A stretch of 64,000 bases of DNA from positions 64,001 through 128,000 of the forward strand of contig JBIPSI010000012.1 in NCBI GenBank assembly GCA_044070495.1, in the 5' to 3' direction. The position numbers and the translations under genes are program-made. The DNA is from Spirulina sp. GTDB taxonomy: Bacteria; Cyanobacteriota; Cyanobacteriia; Phormidesmidales; Phormidesmidaceae. Shown here piece after piece: positions 1 to 10,085 of this stretch. The notes beneath the pieces are model-generated. The model saw nothing but the letters and a program-made list of their open reading frames with translations, had not been told where the DNA came from and made no database searches. Position 1 is the stretch's first letter. Each line of letters starts with the position of its first letter.

Positions 1-719
1 TCACCCGTTCTCATCGGTAGGCCATGGTCTGAAGGCTTGGCTGGGGGCGGGGCTGACGTTTTTTCTGACGTTTCTTCTGGGGATAAGTCCTCTAAGGTGG
101 GGGCCGACCTGGGGAAGACGTTGTAAACCACCGTCGGCGGCGTGACCTGATAATGGTTCGCCATCGCCGCCGCCATGGCCTGGGAGGTGGTCAGCCGATA
201 GCGGCAGTGCTGCAACAGAAAGGCTTCTAGCTCGGCGATCCACCGGATAGGCCGCTGGTGATGGGCCGCTGGTAATAGATCCTGCGAAAACCAATCTTCA
301 AAATCGACCCCCACGGCATAGCCCTGCTTCAGGAGTTGCTGGCCCACCCATAGCCCCGCCTCGGAGTGGACGATGGTGAGATCGGCACGGTGGGCCTGGG
401 CAACTTTAAGCAGGCGAGGGGCACCATAGCCCAGCAGGGCCGGATGGTGGAAGCCCAATCCCTGGTAGAGCTTCCGAGCCGTTTTAGCCTGAAGACGAAC
501 GCCAAAGCGGCTGGCTTGTCCGGGCCGAAAGTCTATAACCGGATCAAACGCCCAGGCTTGATCGGCCAACACCGCCCGGTCTCGCTGGGCCAGGGTTTCG
601 TCAAACCAGAGGCCCGCCACCTTCACCTCATGGCCTGCGGCGGCGAGGGCAGTGGCTTCCTTTTGGGGGCGGGGAGCGGTGCAGAGGTGGCCGCCGATTA
701 AAATCAGGATTCTTGCCAT
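1..719 (-). CDS. GT4-type glycosyltransferase, partial (runs off left edge; absent from ORF track)
   Basis: Manual translation from ATG at 719: MARILILIGGHLCTAPRPQKEA...ADLTIVHSEAGLW...VGVDFEDWFSQD...PTVVYNVFP; start overlaps the stop of the upstream GT2. Confidence 0.8.
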   Translation of the reverse strand, partial: MARILILIGGHLCTAPRPQKEATALAAAGHEVKVAGLWFDETLAQRDRAVLADQAWAFDPVIDFRPGQASRFGVRLQAKTARKLYQGLGFHHPALLGYGAPRLLKVAQAHRADLTIVHSEAGLWVGQQLLKQGYAVGVDFEDWFSQDLLPAAHHQRPIRWIAELEAFLLQHCRYRLTTSQAMAAAMANHYQVTPPTVVYNVFPRSAPTLEDLSPEETSEKTSAPPPAKPSDHGLPMRTG

Positions 720-1735
720 TGGGGCGGCTCCTCTGGTAATGCTGGAGCAGATTCGGCGGCGGGCAACATCCGCCCTAGGGGGAGCCGACGATAGCCCCAC
801 TGGTTGACAAAAAGCTGGGCATGGCGGGCCGCTTGCCACCCCACGACCCTGGCCGCCATCTGAAAGAGGGGGCCACCCATGGGCTTTTCGGTGGCCCCGC
901 CCCAGCGGCGCACCTGCTTGGCGGCCAGGTTCCGCAGGGAGGGAACGTCGGGGAACACTTCGTAAATGAACCGCTGCATCAGGTTGGCGCAAACCTGCCG
1001 GGTGCGGGGGCTGTCTTCGGCGGCAAGCAAATATCGGCTCTGCAACGCCACCGCCCGATATTGAGAGGCCCAGGCTTCCGGGGTCTTGCGGCCACTGAGG
1101 CTGACGGCATGGCCGGATCGGTAGTAGCTGCGGGCTTCTTGGCAAAACCGCACCCCCTGGCTGGCGAGGATGACGCGGGCAAAGTATTCCCCATCGTCGT
1201 TCAAAGAAAGGGCCTCGTTCCAGGGGCCAGCGGCTTGAATGAGGGCGCGGGGCACCAGCCAGGCGGCGGGGTGCATCATCCAATGGCCCGACCAGGCGCA
1301 GACCAGCCAATCCACTGGGGCCATGTCTTGCCAGAGGGGTTCGGGGGTGAAGGTGGCCTCCTGGGGCTGGTGCCGAAACCTGGCCCAGGCCCCAGAAATT
1401 AGACAATCAGGATGATCCTGAATTAGGGCCATCTGCCGCTCAACTTTGTCCGGGGCCAGCAGGTCGTCGGCATCCAAAAACTGAATCACCTCTCCCTGGG
1501 CCGCTTCCAAGGCTCGGTTGCGGGCGGCGGCGGCCCCCTGGTTGGCCTGGGCGATAATCCGCAGATTCGGCCCATTAAACCGATGGGCGACGGTGAGGCT
1601 GTCATCGGTGGAGCCATCGTCCACCAGAATCACCTCCAGGTTGGGCCAGGTTTGGGCCAGGGCCGATTCCAGGGTCTCGGCCAGCCAGGGGGCGGCGTTG
1701 TGGCAGGGAATCAGGACAGAGACGAGCGGTTGCAT
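704..1735 (-). CDS. Glycosyltransferase family 2
   Basis: VSVLIPCHN, VDDGSTD, ARNRAL, FLDADD motifs. Confidence 0.93.
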   Translation of the reverse strand: MQPLVSVLIPCHNAAPWLAETLESALAQTWPNLEVILVDDGSTDDSLTVAHRFNGPNLRIIAQANQGAAAARNRALEAAQGEVIQFLDADDLLAPDKVERQMALIQDHPDCLISGAWARFRHQPQEATFTPEPLWQDMAPVDWLVCAWSGHWMMHPAAWLVPRALIQAAGPWNEALSLNDDGEYFARVILASQGVRFCQEARSYYRSGHAVSLSGRKTPEAWASQYRAVALQSRYLLAAEDSPRTRQVCANLMQRFIYEVFPDVPSLRNLAAKQVRRWGGATEKPMGGPLFQMAARVVGWQAARHAQLFVNQWGYRRLPLGRMLPAAESAPALPEEPPQWQES

Positions 1736-1792
1736 AGGTCTGTAGTTTTGGACAGCGATGTTAACGGTTAGCCGTAGCCGATTCGGATCTGG

Positions 1793-2644
1793 TTAACGAC
1801 TGGCCATGGCATTTCTCAAGGGCCTGATGGTGGCTTTTGCGCTTTGCACTAAGGATCTCAGTAGAACTCGCAAATGCTCGATAGGCTGCATTTTGTAAGG
1901 CTCATAAATACAGCCAAAGCCCCTCCAAAACACGCGATAGCCTAAACGCCCATTCACCATTTTTTCCATTTCATAGAGTAGTTCCCTGGGCCGACCGTGA
2001 AAAATTCTCACATCGCGGCAGAGCAAACCGCCGGGGTAGGGAGACAAGCTCCATTCATCCCCCAAAAAGGTAATTCTGAGCTGTTCCGTTTCATAGGCGG
2101 CATGGCGAAAGCTGCGCTGATCCCACTCTCGCCCCATGATCGATTCGTATTCCGAAAAATACTGTCGCCATTTCTCAAAGAAGTTAATCAAAGCAGGACT
2201 ACGACGCATGGCGATGACATTCGTCATCGGTTCTCTAAAGGCTGGAGAAACACCGGGAAGATCGTAATGGAAGCCTCCTAGGGCTGGAGGGACACCAATA
2301 TCAAAAACATCCAGGAGTTGGAACAGTTCGTCTAAGGGCGCAACAATGTAGGTATCGCTATCCAAAAAAACAAAACGGTCGTAGGGGCAGGCATCCATCG
2401 CTAATTTTGAGGCGACAGTGTTAGGCAGATGGTCTTGAATAATGACCTGATCAAAGACGGTATGATCCGTTGGGGCATTGGTGATCAGACATATCGGTTC
2501 TGGATGGAATCGGCGTAGGGATTCAGCCGATAGGGCCGCTTCGTCAACGTACTTTTTTCCGGTGGCAACGTAGACAAAACCCCGTGTTGGGTTAGCCTCA
2601 CTGGCGGAGTAATGGATGGATGTCGGCATGATGGGGTCTTCCAT
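1793..2644 (-). CDS. GT-A fold nucleotide-diphospho-sugar transferase (GT8-like)
   Basis: GFVYVATG, FVFLDSDT (DxD), WDQRSF; position in cluster. Confidence 0.7.
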   Translation of the reverse strand: MEDPIMPTSIHYSASEANPTRGFVYVATGKKYVDEAALSAESLRRFHPEPICLITNAPTDHTVFDQVIIQDHLPNTVASKLAMDACPYDRFVFLDSDTYIVAPLDELFQLLDVFDIGVPPALGGFHYDLPGVSPAFREPMTNVIAMRRSPALINFFEKWRQYFSEYESIMGREWDQRSFRHAAYETEQLRITFLGDEWSLSPYPGGLLCRDVRIFHGRPRELLYEMEKMVNGRLGYRVFWRGFGCIYEPYKMQPIEHLRVLLRSLVQSAKATIRPLRNAMASR

Positions 2645-2704
2645 TTTGGCGCGAAAGAATGAATAGAATCTGGAGCTAAATTTGGCTAAATAGGTATTAG
2701 CAAA

Positions 2705-3679
2705 CTATGGAATGATGTGTCGCCAGCCGTAGCGGAAATACCAGGGTTTGGATTCCGCTACATAGTGGTGCATCACCGATTGAGGATGCTGGGATTCTTG
2801 ACGATCTGGCAACAGCAGGTAGTCGGATTGAGGGGCAATCGCGCATTCCTTTCCAGACAGATACAGACAGCTCAACCCCTGGGTCACGTTGTAGTGGGCA
2901 CCTTCCTGTTCGAGAAAGGTCTGCAACCAGGCTTCAATCTGGTGCCAGTCCATGGCCTCACTCTGTAAGCCAAAAATGCCAATGTTCACTTTTTGCGGTA
3001 GTGGGCCTGGGGCCAGTTTTTGTAAAAGAGCTTCGGAATAGCCGTAGGCGTTTTTCACATCCACCATGTAGCAGGGTTTTTGGGGATGGGCCAGCCAGTC
3101 CAGCAAAAAATGGGGCGTCTGGAAGAACAGCATGTCGGAGTCGAGGAAAAGTTTCCATCCGGTTTCCCCGGCATGGAAGTCAATCAGTTTACGAATCAGG
3201 GGTTGTTTGAGGCGGTGGGATCGCAAACAGGGAAACGTTTCGGCAGGTAGTACCTGGTCTAAACGAGCCTCGACCCGATCCAGAGAAACAAGGTCTGCGT
3301 TGGGAAAGAGTCGCAGAATTTCAACCGTTTGTTCCGGTTGTAACGATCCATCATCGTAGATCACCGGACGCAGATTCACCGGGGAATGCCGCTGCATGGA
3401 GTAGGCGCAAAAACAGGTCTGGTACCAATATTTGCTCCCGGTCATGAAATAGAGGTCGTAGGTGGGGCGGTCGGCCACCATGGCCAAGGGCGGGAGCTGG
3501 CTGACGGCGGCTTCCATCTGCTGCCTGCCGCGATAGCTCAGATAACGGTTTAGGGGGCCACGTTGCCAGGTAGTTTTGACGAACCCTCGCGGGGCATAAA
3601 CCAGCCTGTAGACCAGTTTGCCCAATCCCAGGTGGCGGCCCAGGGTTTGCACAGGAGAAGGCGATGGTGAGAGAGTCAT
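2705..3679 (-). CDS. Putative glycosyltransferase (GT-A fold)
   Basis: LFLDSDMLFF DxD, VNIGIFG, HHYV; start set at MTLSP (3679) because the upstream extension runs through REP repeats. Confidence 0.7.
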   Translation of the reverse strand: MTLSPSPSPVQTLGRHLGLGKLVYRLVYAPRGFVKTTWQRGPLNRYLSYRGRQQMEAAVSQLPPLAMVADRPTYDLYFMTGSKYWYQTCFCAYSMQRHSPVNLRPVIYDDGSLQPEQTVEILRLFPNADLVSLDRVEARLDQVLPAETFPCLRSHRLKQPLIRKLIDFHAGETGWKLFLDSDMLFFQTPHFLLDWLAHPQKPCYMVDVKNAYGYSEALLQKLAPGPLPQKVNIGIFGLQSEAMDWHQIEAWLQTFLEQEGAHYNVTQGLSCLYLSGKECAIAPQSDYLLLPDRQESQHPQSVMHHYVAESKPWYFRYGWRHIIP

Positions 3680-3731
3680 AGTAAAAGTCCGATGAGGGAT
3701 CGAGCCAAACAGGGAATCACAACGACCAGCC

Positions 3732-3841
3732 GTAGGGTGGGCACTGCCCACCAGCCATAGTCCAGTAGCCGTAGGGAGTAGGGTGGGCACTGCCCACCAG
3801 CATCGTTCAGGGACATTGACAGCCGTAGGGCACCGCCCACC
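3732..3841. repeat. Three REP-like palindromes GTAGGGTGGGCACTGCCCACC (third truncated); further copies at 8764-8784 and 9917-9937
   Basis: Direct sequence identity; GTAG followed by hairpin GGTGGGCA-C-TGCCCACC. Confidence 0.85.
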
Positions 3842-3864
3842 AGCTATCGTTCAGTGAAAGCCCC

Positions 3865-4800
3865 CTAGGACAGTCGAGCTTGGCCCTCCAACAGACCACA
3901 GGCTCCTTGCCAGCGAATAGCGGCGGCGGTTCCCGTCCAGGGCCGTAGGGCCAGATAGCTTTTCAACTGGCGCAGGGGCAACGTCCAGGCCGGAATTTTG
4001 GGCCAGGGGCGCAGGCCGTGGAGATCCAACACCTGTACCCAGGAACGGCAAGAGGCCCGATTCATCCGCCGCAGATAATCGGCCTCCAGGCGGCGGGCGG
4101 CAATCAGATGGAGCAAGCTGAGCTGGGGAAAGTAGCCCACGGCCCAGCCCTGTTCCAGCAGGGTCAACATCATGTCGTTGTCTTCGCCGGAGGTGAGGCT
4201 GGCCCCCGTGCGTCCTAGGGCCAAGTGCCGAGCATCGGTCTCCAATGCCTGACAATACGCCTGCATCGCCGCTTTGCGAACCACCAAGCCAGCCCCGATG
4301 GGCGCAAAGGAGGGGTATTGTTTTGGCTCCGATGGCCCCCACTGGCAACGTTGCTCGGTATCCCCAAAATCCCTCAGCCCCATGGGAATCTGAATCTCCT
4401 GAAACCACTCGGCGGGGGGCCGCTCGAACTCAGGCAGGCATTTACCGCCCATGGCCCCCACCTGGGGATGGCGATCCAGAAGGGCGATCACCTGTTCGAG
4501 GTAGTTGGGCGACAGCACATTATCGTCATCCACAAACACCAGGGTGGGGGTTTGGGTTTCGCGAAAGGCCCGCTGTCGGGCGGCGGTCAGCCCCAGGGTG
4601 GTTTCGACGACCATCCGCGCCTGGGGGTGCCAATCCAGCGTCAGCCACGATGCAACGGGCACCGGGCTGGCGTTGTCGATTAGCAGTAGGTTCCAGGCGG
4701 CGGGGGTGAGGGTTTGTTGCTGGAGTGCGGCGATCACCCTGGTGAGGTAATCCTGACGGGGGTTGTGGGTGCAGATAATGACGGTGAGGGGTGGCGACAT
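3865..4800 (-). CDS. Glycosyltransferase family 2
   Basis: VIICTHNP, IDNAS, FVDDDN, SGEDND motifs. Confidence 0.92.
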   Translation of the reverse strand: MSPPLTVIICTHNPRQDYLTRVIAALQQQTLTPAAWNLLLIDNASPVPVASWLTLDWHPQARMVVETTLGLTAARQRAFRETQTPTLVFVDDDNVLSPNYLEQVIALLDRHPQVGAMGGKCLPEFERPPAEWFQEIQIPMGLRDFGDTEQRCQWGPSEPKQYPSFAPIGAGLVVRKAAMQAYCQALETDARHLALGRTGASLTSGEDNDMMLTLLEQGWAVGYFPQLSLLHLIAARRLEADYLRRMNRASCRSWVQVLDLHGLRPWPKIPAWTLPLRQLKSYLALRPWTGTAAAIRWQGACGLLEGQARLS

Positions 4801-4826
4801 GGGGAGAAGCCCTAAAGACCTTAGCT

Positions 4827-6104
4827 TTAGTGTGGGATGGGGGCGTTTGCGATCACGCCTACGGGAATGTCTGTCTTTTGGCCCTGCCGTTGGGGATGAC
4901 GTGCTATGGCCTCGCGGTAGATCTGTTCCTGTAGTTGCCCAATCGTGGCCCGGTTGTAGTGGGTGAGGATGCGTTCACGGGCGGCGTGGCCCAGGCGCAT
5001 CCGCAGGGTAGGATCGTGCAACAACTCGCCCACCGCCGTTGCTATGGCCTGGGGGTTTTGCGGGTTGACCAACCGTCCTACGGCACCCTGATCCAGCATT
5101 TCCACCATGCCCCCGGCGGTGCTGCCGACAATGCCACGGGCGGCGGCCATCGCCTCTAGGCATACCCCAGGAAAGTTCTCCCAGCGGCTCGGAAAAACGC
5201 AGATATCGGTTTCGGCTAGCAATTGGGGAATCGCGGTCAGGGGGACGGCCCCGGTAAATTCAAGCTGCCCCCGATGGCGATGGAGCCGCTTGAGAAGATA
5301 CTGCTCCATATCTAAACCGGGCACTGGCGAAGGCCAAGCCGCACCGACCAAGCGAAACTGCGTCTTGGGATGGTGGCGCAGAATTTGGGGGATGGCCGCC
5401 GCCAGTTCCAACACCCCCTTGCGCACCTCCATCCGACCGATAAAGGTGACGCGATTCGTCTGGGTCGCCACAGGAATCTCCAGCAGATCCGGGGCGGGCA
5501 GGTAGGGGTTGGGCACCACGCGAATGCGGTCGGGGTTGATCTGCCAGGTCTGCGTCAACGCTTGCCCCAACGCCTGGGAGGGTGTAGTAATTAAATCGGC
5601 CTTGAGGGTTTGCCTCCGTTCTGGGTCGGTTGCTGGATCGTAGTCGGGCCTCGACAACAGTGAGGGCATCTGCCCCCGTCGCAAGGCCCCCACCACTCGC
5701 CGCCCCTGCATTCCCACAGTGGGCGGCACGTAATTCACCTGCCGAATTAAATAGGTGGGCGTGTGGAGCTTCACCACCAGGGGCACCTCCGGCACCAACG
5801 CCGTAATGCCCTGGGATTCGGCCCCAATTTCAGGACTTTCGACCACCTCAAATCGGGCCTCTTGATGGCGTTCCGCAAACACCGGGGCCACGGCGGCCAC
5901 AAAGGCAGCCCGGTTTTGGCAATGTACGCGATGCACCAGAATGTTGTGCTCTAAAACGGCTCCTTGCCGATGGTCACTGCCCGCAAACACCTCCACCCGA
6001 TGGCCTCGCTGCTGCATGAGTTGGGCGATTTGCAGGGTGTAGGTGGCAATTCCCCCAACGGCGGTATCGGGGGGATATTCGTAGCTAATCAGGGCAATTT
6101 TCAT
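4827..6104 (-). CDS. Glycosyltransferase family 4
   Basis: GGIATY, FIGRMEVRKG, PSRWENFPGVCLEAMA (E-x7-E). Confidence 0.93.
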   Translation of the reverse strand: MKIALISYEYPPDTAVGGIATYTLQIAQLMQQRGHRVEVFAGSDHRQGAVLEHNILVHRVHCQNRAAFVAAVAPVFAERHQEARFEVVESPEIGAESQGITALVPEVPLVVKLHTPTYLIRQVNYVPPTVGMQGRRVVGALRRGQMPSLLSRPDYDPATDPERRQTLKADLITTPSQALGQALTQTWQINPDRIRVVPNPYLPAPDLLEIPVATQTNRVTFIGRMEVRKGVLELAAAIPQILRHHPKTQFRLVGAAWPSPVPGLDMEQYLLKRLHRHRGQLEFTGAVPLTAIPQLLAETDICVFPSRWENFPGVCLEAMAAARGIVGSTAGGMVEMLDQGAVGRLVNPQNPQAIATAVGELLHDPTLRMRLGHAARERILTHYNRATIGQLQEQIYREAIARHPQRQGQKTDIPVGVIANAPIPH

Positions 6105-6904
6105 GGGGCCACAAAGATATGTTTAAACTGTCGCAACAGGGCAAAAATCGGTTCTGGCAACAGGTGGTAAAGGGCAAAATACAGGTGGTAGTAGCCAATT
6201 AAAAATTCTGTAAATACATCCGCCTGCTTCTTAAGAATGGTTTGTTCTAGCGGGGTATTGGGTTGTGCTTCTAACCCTAGATAGTTTAGACACTGCAATA
6301 AGCTCTCAGACTGATTCTGGACTAGGGTTTCGTAGGAAAGCTGAATGACGTTCTGTGGATATCGAGCAAAAAAATCGTGCCAGTATTGCTCACGATCCTT
6401 AACTCGCCGTAGGGCTGTCTTGAGATAAAAAGGCGTGACCTGGGTTAACCAACTAGGCCGCTTAGCCTGTCCAGCATGATGTTTTTCCCAAGCATCAGTA
6501 TATTCTGCTCGGCTGAGGGAAACGGCCTGCCGTAGCTTGTCTTCCCGTGTCATAAAAATAAAGGATACGTTAGGAAAAACTTTGCCAATCAGGTCAATCT
6601 CCGACAGCGAAGGATCGGGATAGAGTCGTCTTAATTCCCGCAGCAGAATGTCAAAATGATTCTGCATCAGCTTAACGCCGCTCACCCCATTATCTGACGC
6701 TCTTTGGGTGAGTTCTGATTGAATGACACCAATCAAATCAATGGATGGCTCCTCCTCGACGGTTTCCAGGGTAGAAATCAGGAATTCTTTGGGCTTTCCC
6801 GCCAGGTTAGTATTGCTTAAAAGACTGCATAAAAGTGTGCTTCCACTGCGTTGGGTGGCACAGATGATATAGGTACGCTTGAGCTTATTTGATACGGATT
6901 CCAT
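6101..6904 (-). CDS. Stf0-family sulfotransferase
   Basis: 5'-PSB loop CATQRSGSTLL, AGKPKEF, 3'-PB TREDKLRQAVS, LSYETL; likely start MESVS at 6904. Confidence 0.88.
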   Translation of the reverse strand: MESVSNKLKRTYIICATQRSGSTLLCSLLSNTNLAGKPKEFLISTLETVEEEPSIDLIGVIQSELTQRASDNGVSGVKLMQNHFDILLRELRRLYPDPSLSEIDLIGKVFPNVSFIFMTREDKLRQAVSLSRAEYTDAWEKHHAGQAKRPSWLTQVTPFYLKTALRRVKDREQYWHDFFARYPQNVIQLSYETLVQNQSESLLQCLNYLGLEAQPNTPLEQTILKKQADVFTEFLIGYYHLYFALYHLLPEPIFALLRQFKHIFVAP

Positions 6905-6961
6905 GGGGTTTACCTGTGAATAGATGGGAGGCTTGGAGTTGTAAGATGCGGGACGGCCTAG

Positions 6962-7242
6962 GTTTATTGCCCTCACCCTAAATCCCGATCCCTGAGGACT
7001 ATCGCTTATCCATAAGTTTCTATTCCTCTGGATTCCTAGGGTTGATCCCCCCTAGCCCCCCTTAAAAAGGGGGGAACTGGATTCAAAGTCCCCCTTTTTA
7101 AGGGGGATTTAGAGGGATCTCTAAGGACTTGTGGCATGCAAACAAGATTTGTATAAGCTGTAGCTCTGAGGGAGAGGAACTTTGAAAATCTGGTTCCCCT
7201 TCTCCCCTAGGGAGAAGGGGTTAGGGGATGAGGGCAATAAAC
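6962..7242. mobile_element. Nested miniature inverted-repeat elements
   Basis: Outer 14-bp inverted ends GTTTATTGCCCTCA/TGAGGGCAATAAAC; inner element about 6997-7165 flanked by direct CTGAG; contains a double hairpin at 7044-7119. Confidence 0.7.
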
Positions 7243-7336
7243 TGACTTAAGAGGGATGCAACGGTAAGAATATTCTGGTGTCTGGTGGCCTATCAGATAG
7301 TCCTTTCATGGTATTTCTATAGCAAATTTGGCCTCC

Positions 7337-8614
7337 TTATTGAGTTAACACTAGGGGTTGAGAAACTGAGTTGAAGCTGATTTCGGGCTGTAGTAGAGCG
7401 GTGCCGAAATCGCTGTAGGTGAAGGGTACGCCATCGGTGTAGTAAATGCGGGAGGGTAGCTCGAAATCGACGGGGTATTCTAGGGAGGCAATGCATTCTA
7501 CCTTGGGACGAACCAACTCAAAGGAAACGAGATAGGTGCCTCCGGCTAGGATTTTGCTGATGTTGGGATAGTAGAAGGTTTGGGTGATGGTGCCCTGAAA
7601 CGGTGGCAGCAGTTGGCGATGCAGTCGTGGCCCAATAAAGGACACCCGTACCCCCGTTTCTGTGGATAAAATCACCGAAACACCAATGCCCTGTTGTACC
7701 TGTTCAGAGGTGATGTCTACCGAGACTTCTAGGTCGAGTTCTGCCCCGTTTTCAATCAGTCGAGTTCTAGCCCCAGACAGGCCCATGCGGTGGGTTTTTG
7801 AAAAGACCGAGCTGTTGACATTTTCGGACTGAAACTGCCCAAAGGAATCCACATACTGCTTCAACCCTTCGTGGGTAGAGCCGTAGAACATTAAGGTGCC
7901 CTGGTTCAGCAATAGGGACTTAGTACAGAGCCGCTCTACCGTGGCCAGGTGGTGGCTGACGAATAATACCGTGCGTCCGGCTTTGCCCACTTCCTCCATT
8001 TTGCCGAGGCACTTTTTCTGGAAGGCCATGTCGCCCACCGCCAAGACTTCATCTACCACGAGAATCTCCGGTTCTAGGTGGGCCGCCACCGCAAAGGCCA
8101 GCCGCACATACATCCCGGAGGAGTAACGCTTAACAGGAGTATCGAGAAATTTTTCGATTTCGGCAAAGGCCACAATTTCATCAAACTTGCGGCGAATTTC
8201 GGCCTTGCCCATGCCTAAAATGGCCCCATTCAGAAAAATATTCTCCCGCCCCGACAGTTCTGGATGAAAGCCCGTACCCACCTCTAGCAAACTGGCGACC
8301 CTACCCCGCAGACCGATGCGTCCGGTGGTGGGTTCGGTAATGCGGCTGAGAATTTTTAGCAGGGTGGATTTGCCTGCCCCGTTGCGGCCAATAATGCCGA
8401 GACGATCTCCCTGATTAACCGCAAAGCTGACATCATTCAAAGCCCAGAAACCATCCTCTGGGGTTTCAGCCACCCGTCGCCGCCGAGTCAGCCCCCGTCG
8501 CATTTGCCGCAACTGTCGGGCGAGGGTATCTCGCATGGACTGATACTTTTCGGGGCTGCGACCGAGTTTGTAGTATTTACCGAGATTTTCGACGGTGATG
8601 ATGGGGTGGGTCAT
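7337..8614 (-). CDS. wzt: Polysaccharide ABC transporter ATP-binding protein with C-terminal extension
   Basis: GRNGAGKST, YSSGMYVRLAF, VVDEVLAVGD; start MTHPII at 8614 (the longer ORF is translated tandem repeat). Confidence 0.92.
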   Translation of the reverse strand: MTHPIITVENLGKYYKLGRSPEKYQSMRDTLARQLRQMRRGLTRRRRVAETPEDGFWALNDVSFAVNQGDRLGIIGRNGAGKSTLLKILSRITEPTTGRIGLRGRVASLLEVGTGFHPELSGRENIFLNGAILGMGKAEIRRKFDEIVAFAEIEKFLDTPVKRYSSGMYVRLAFAVAAHLEPEILVVDEVLAVGDMAFQKKCLGKMEEVGKAGRTVLFVSHHLATVERLCTKSLLLNQGTLMFYGSTHEGLKQYVDSFGQFQSENVNSSVFSKTHRMGLSGARTRLIENGAELDLEVSVDITSEQVQQGIGVSVILSTETGVRVSFIGPRLHRQLLPPFQGTITQTFYYPNISKILAGGTYLVSFELVRPKVECIASLEYPVDFELPSRIYYTDGVPFTYSDFGTALLQPEISFNSVSQPLVLTQ

Positions 8615-8623
8615 GGGGGGTGG

Positions 8624-8760
8624 GGAAGGTGAAGGGGTGGAAGGTGGAAGGTGGAGGGGTGGAAGGTGAAGGGGTGGAAGGTGAAGGGGTGGAAGGTGGA
8701 AGGTGGAAGGTGGAGGGGTGGAAGGTGAAGGGGTGGAAGGTGGAAGGTGGAGGGGTGGAA
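8624..8760. repeat. Short tandem repeat of 7-8 bp units (GGTGGAA, GGGGTGGA variants)
   Basis: Directly visible tandem array between wzm and wzt. Confidence 0.9.
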
Positions 8761-8847
8761 TCCGTAGGGTGGGCACTGCCCACCAGTTTTGAACCATGGC
8801 CCTGGGAGAGCCTCAACACATGGCGCTGGGAGGGGCAAAATCCAGGG

Positions 8848-9678
8848 TTAAATCACGTCGGCAAAGGTGCGTTCGTAGGCGCGGAAGTACCGAATGCCGT
8901 ACCAGAGGAAGAACACCACCAGGCCGACCGACACCAGGAAGCCCGGTAGGTAGATCTGGGATTCGCCGCCGAGGATGGCCCAGCGGAAGCCGTCAATCAC
9001 TCCGGCCATGGGGTTGAGGGAATAGAGCCAGCGCCACTGGGCCGGGACGACGGCACTACTGAAGCCGACCGGGGAAATATAGAGGCCGAACTGCAAAATA
9101 AAGGGCACCACGTAGCGGAAGTCGCGGTATTTGACATTCAGGGTGGCGAGCAGCAGCCCGACTCCCATGGCGGCGGCGAAGGCAATGGCGATGAAGAAGG
9201 GCAGGGTGATGATGCGCCAACTGGGCACAAAGTGATAGACCACCATCAGCCCCAGCAGAATGAAGCCGGAGATGAAGAAATCCACCAGGCTGACGATGAC
9301 GGCACTGGTGGGGATGACTAGGCGGGGAAAGTACACCTTCGAGATCAGGTTGGAGTTGGAAATCAGGCTATTGCTGCATTCCGATAGGGCATTGGCGAAA
9401 AACTGCCAGGGCAGCATTCCGGCAAACACCAGAATCGGGTAGGGCACCCCATCGGAGGGAAGCTGGGCAATTTTGCCAAACACCACGGTAAACACCACCA
9501 TGGTTAAAAAGGGGCGAATCAAGGCCCAGACAATGCCGATGGCGGTTTGCTTGTAGCGCACCAAAATATCGCGCCAGGCCAAAAAGTAAAACAGTTCCCG
9601 GTAGCGCCACAGGTCTTGCCAGTACTGACGCTGGGCGCGTCCGGCGGTGATCACAAGTTCGGCGGATGGGTAGGGCAT
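8848..9678 (-). CDS. wzm: Polysaccharide ABC transporter permease
   Basis: WRYRELFYFLAWRDILVRYKQT, KVYFPR, NVKYRDFRY, LNPM; several hydrophobic segments. Confidence 0.93.
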   Translation of the reverse strand: MPYPSAELVITAGRAQRQYWQDLWRYRELFYFLAWRDILVRYKQTAIGIVWALIRPFLTMVVFTVVFGKIAQLPSDGVPYPILVFAGMLPWQFFANALSECSNSLISNSNLISKVYFPRLVIPTSAVIVSLVDFFISGFILLGLMVVYHFVPSWRIITLPFFIAIAFAAAMGVGLLLATLNVKYRDFRYVVPFILQFGLYISPVGFSSAVVPAQWRWLYSLNPMAGVIDGFRWAILGGESQIYLPGFLVSVGLVVFFLWYGIRYFRAYERTFADVI

Positions 9679-10025
9679 AGTCAGGGCCTTGAGAGGACTC
9701 TGTTCCCACGGTGGCGTGGGCATGATTGCGATCATGTCCACGCTTTCGTTCATCTTCAAAAGCCTTCATCCCGCCGCTGAATCGCCTACGCAGATCTACG
9801 GAAGTTCCATAATTCTCAAGGTTTCAGCCCCCCCTTTAAGCGGATTCAGTCCCTCCTTTCAGGAAGAAAGAAACAGGCCCAATCTGCAAAACGGATGGGA
9901 GAAATTCCTCTCTCCCGTAGGGTGGGCACTGCCCACCACCCACCCACCGCGCTACGTTCAGGGATCTCACTATGACCGCTATACTGCCTCACCCTCAATT
10001 TGGCTTGTTTGCCCCTGGTATTGGC

Positions 10026-10049
10026 GGGCGAGGAGACCTCGCCCCTACG
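10026..10049. repeat. REP-like palindrome GGGCGAGG-AGA-CCTCGCCCCTACG; related copies at about 13804-13826 and (inverted, diverged) about 20526-20547
   Basis: Hairpin ending in CTAC (reverse complement of GTAG). Confidence 0.7.
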
Positions 10050-10085
10050 GTTGGTCGGGCTGGGAAGCGGAGTTCCCAAATTTGG

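Noticed and set aside
3732..3841. Possible mini CRISPR array
   Set aside because: Only 2-3 units with irregular spacing, identical units dispersed elsewhere, GTAG-hairpin REP structure and no cas genes
8615..8797. Pro/His-rich N-terminal extension of Wzt and overlapping small ORFs
   Set aside because: Translation of a 7-8 bp tandem repeat and a REP; Wzt similarity begins at MTHPII (8614)
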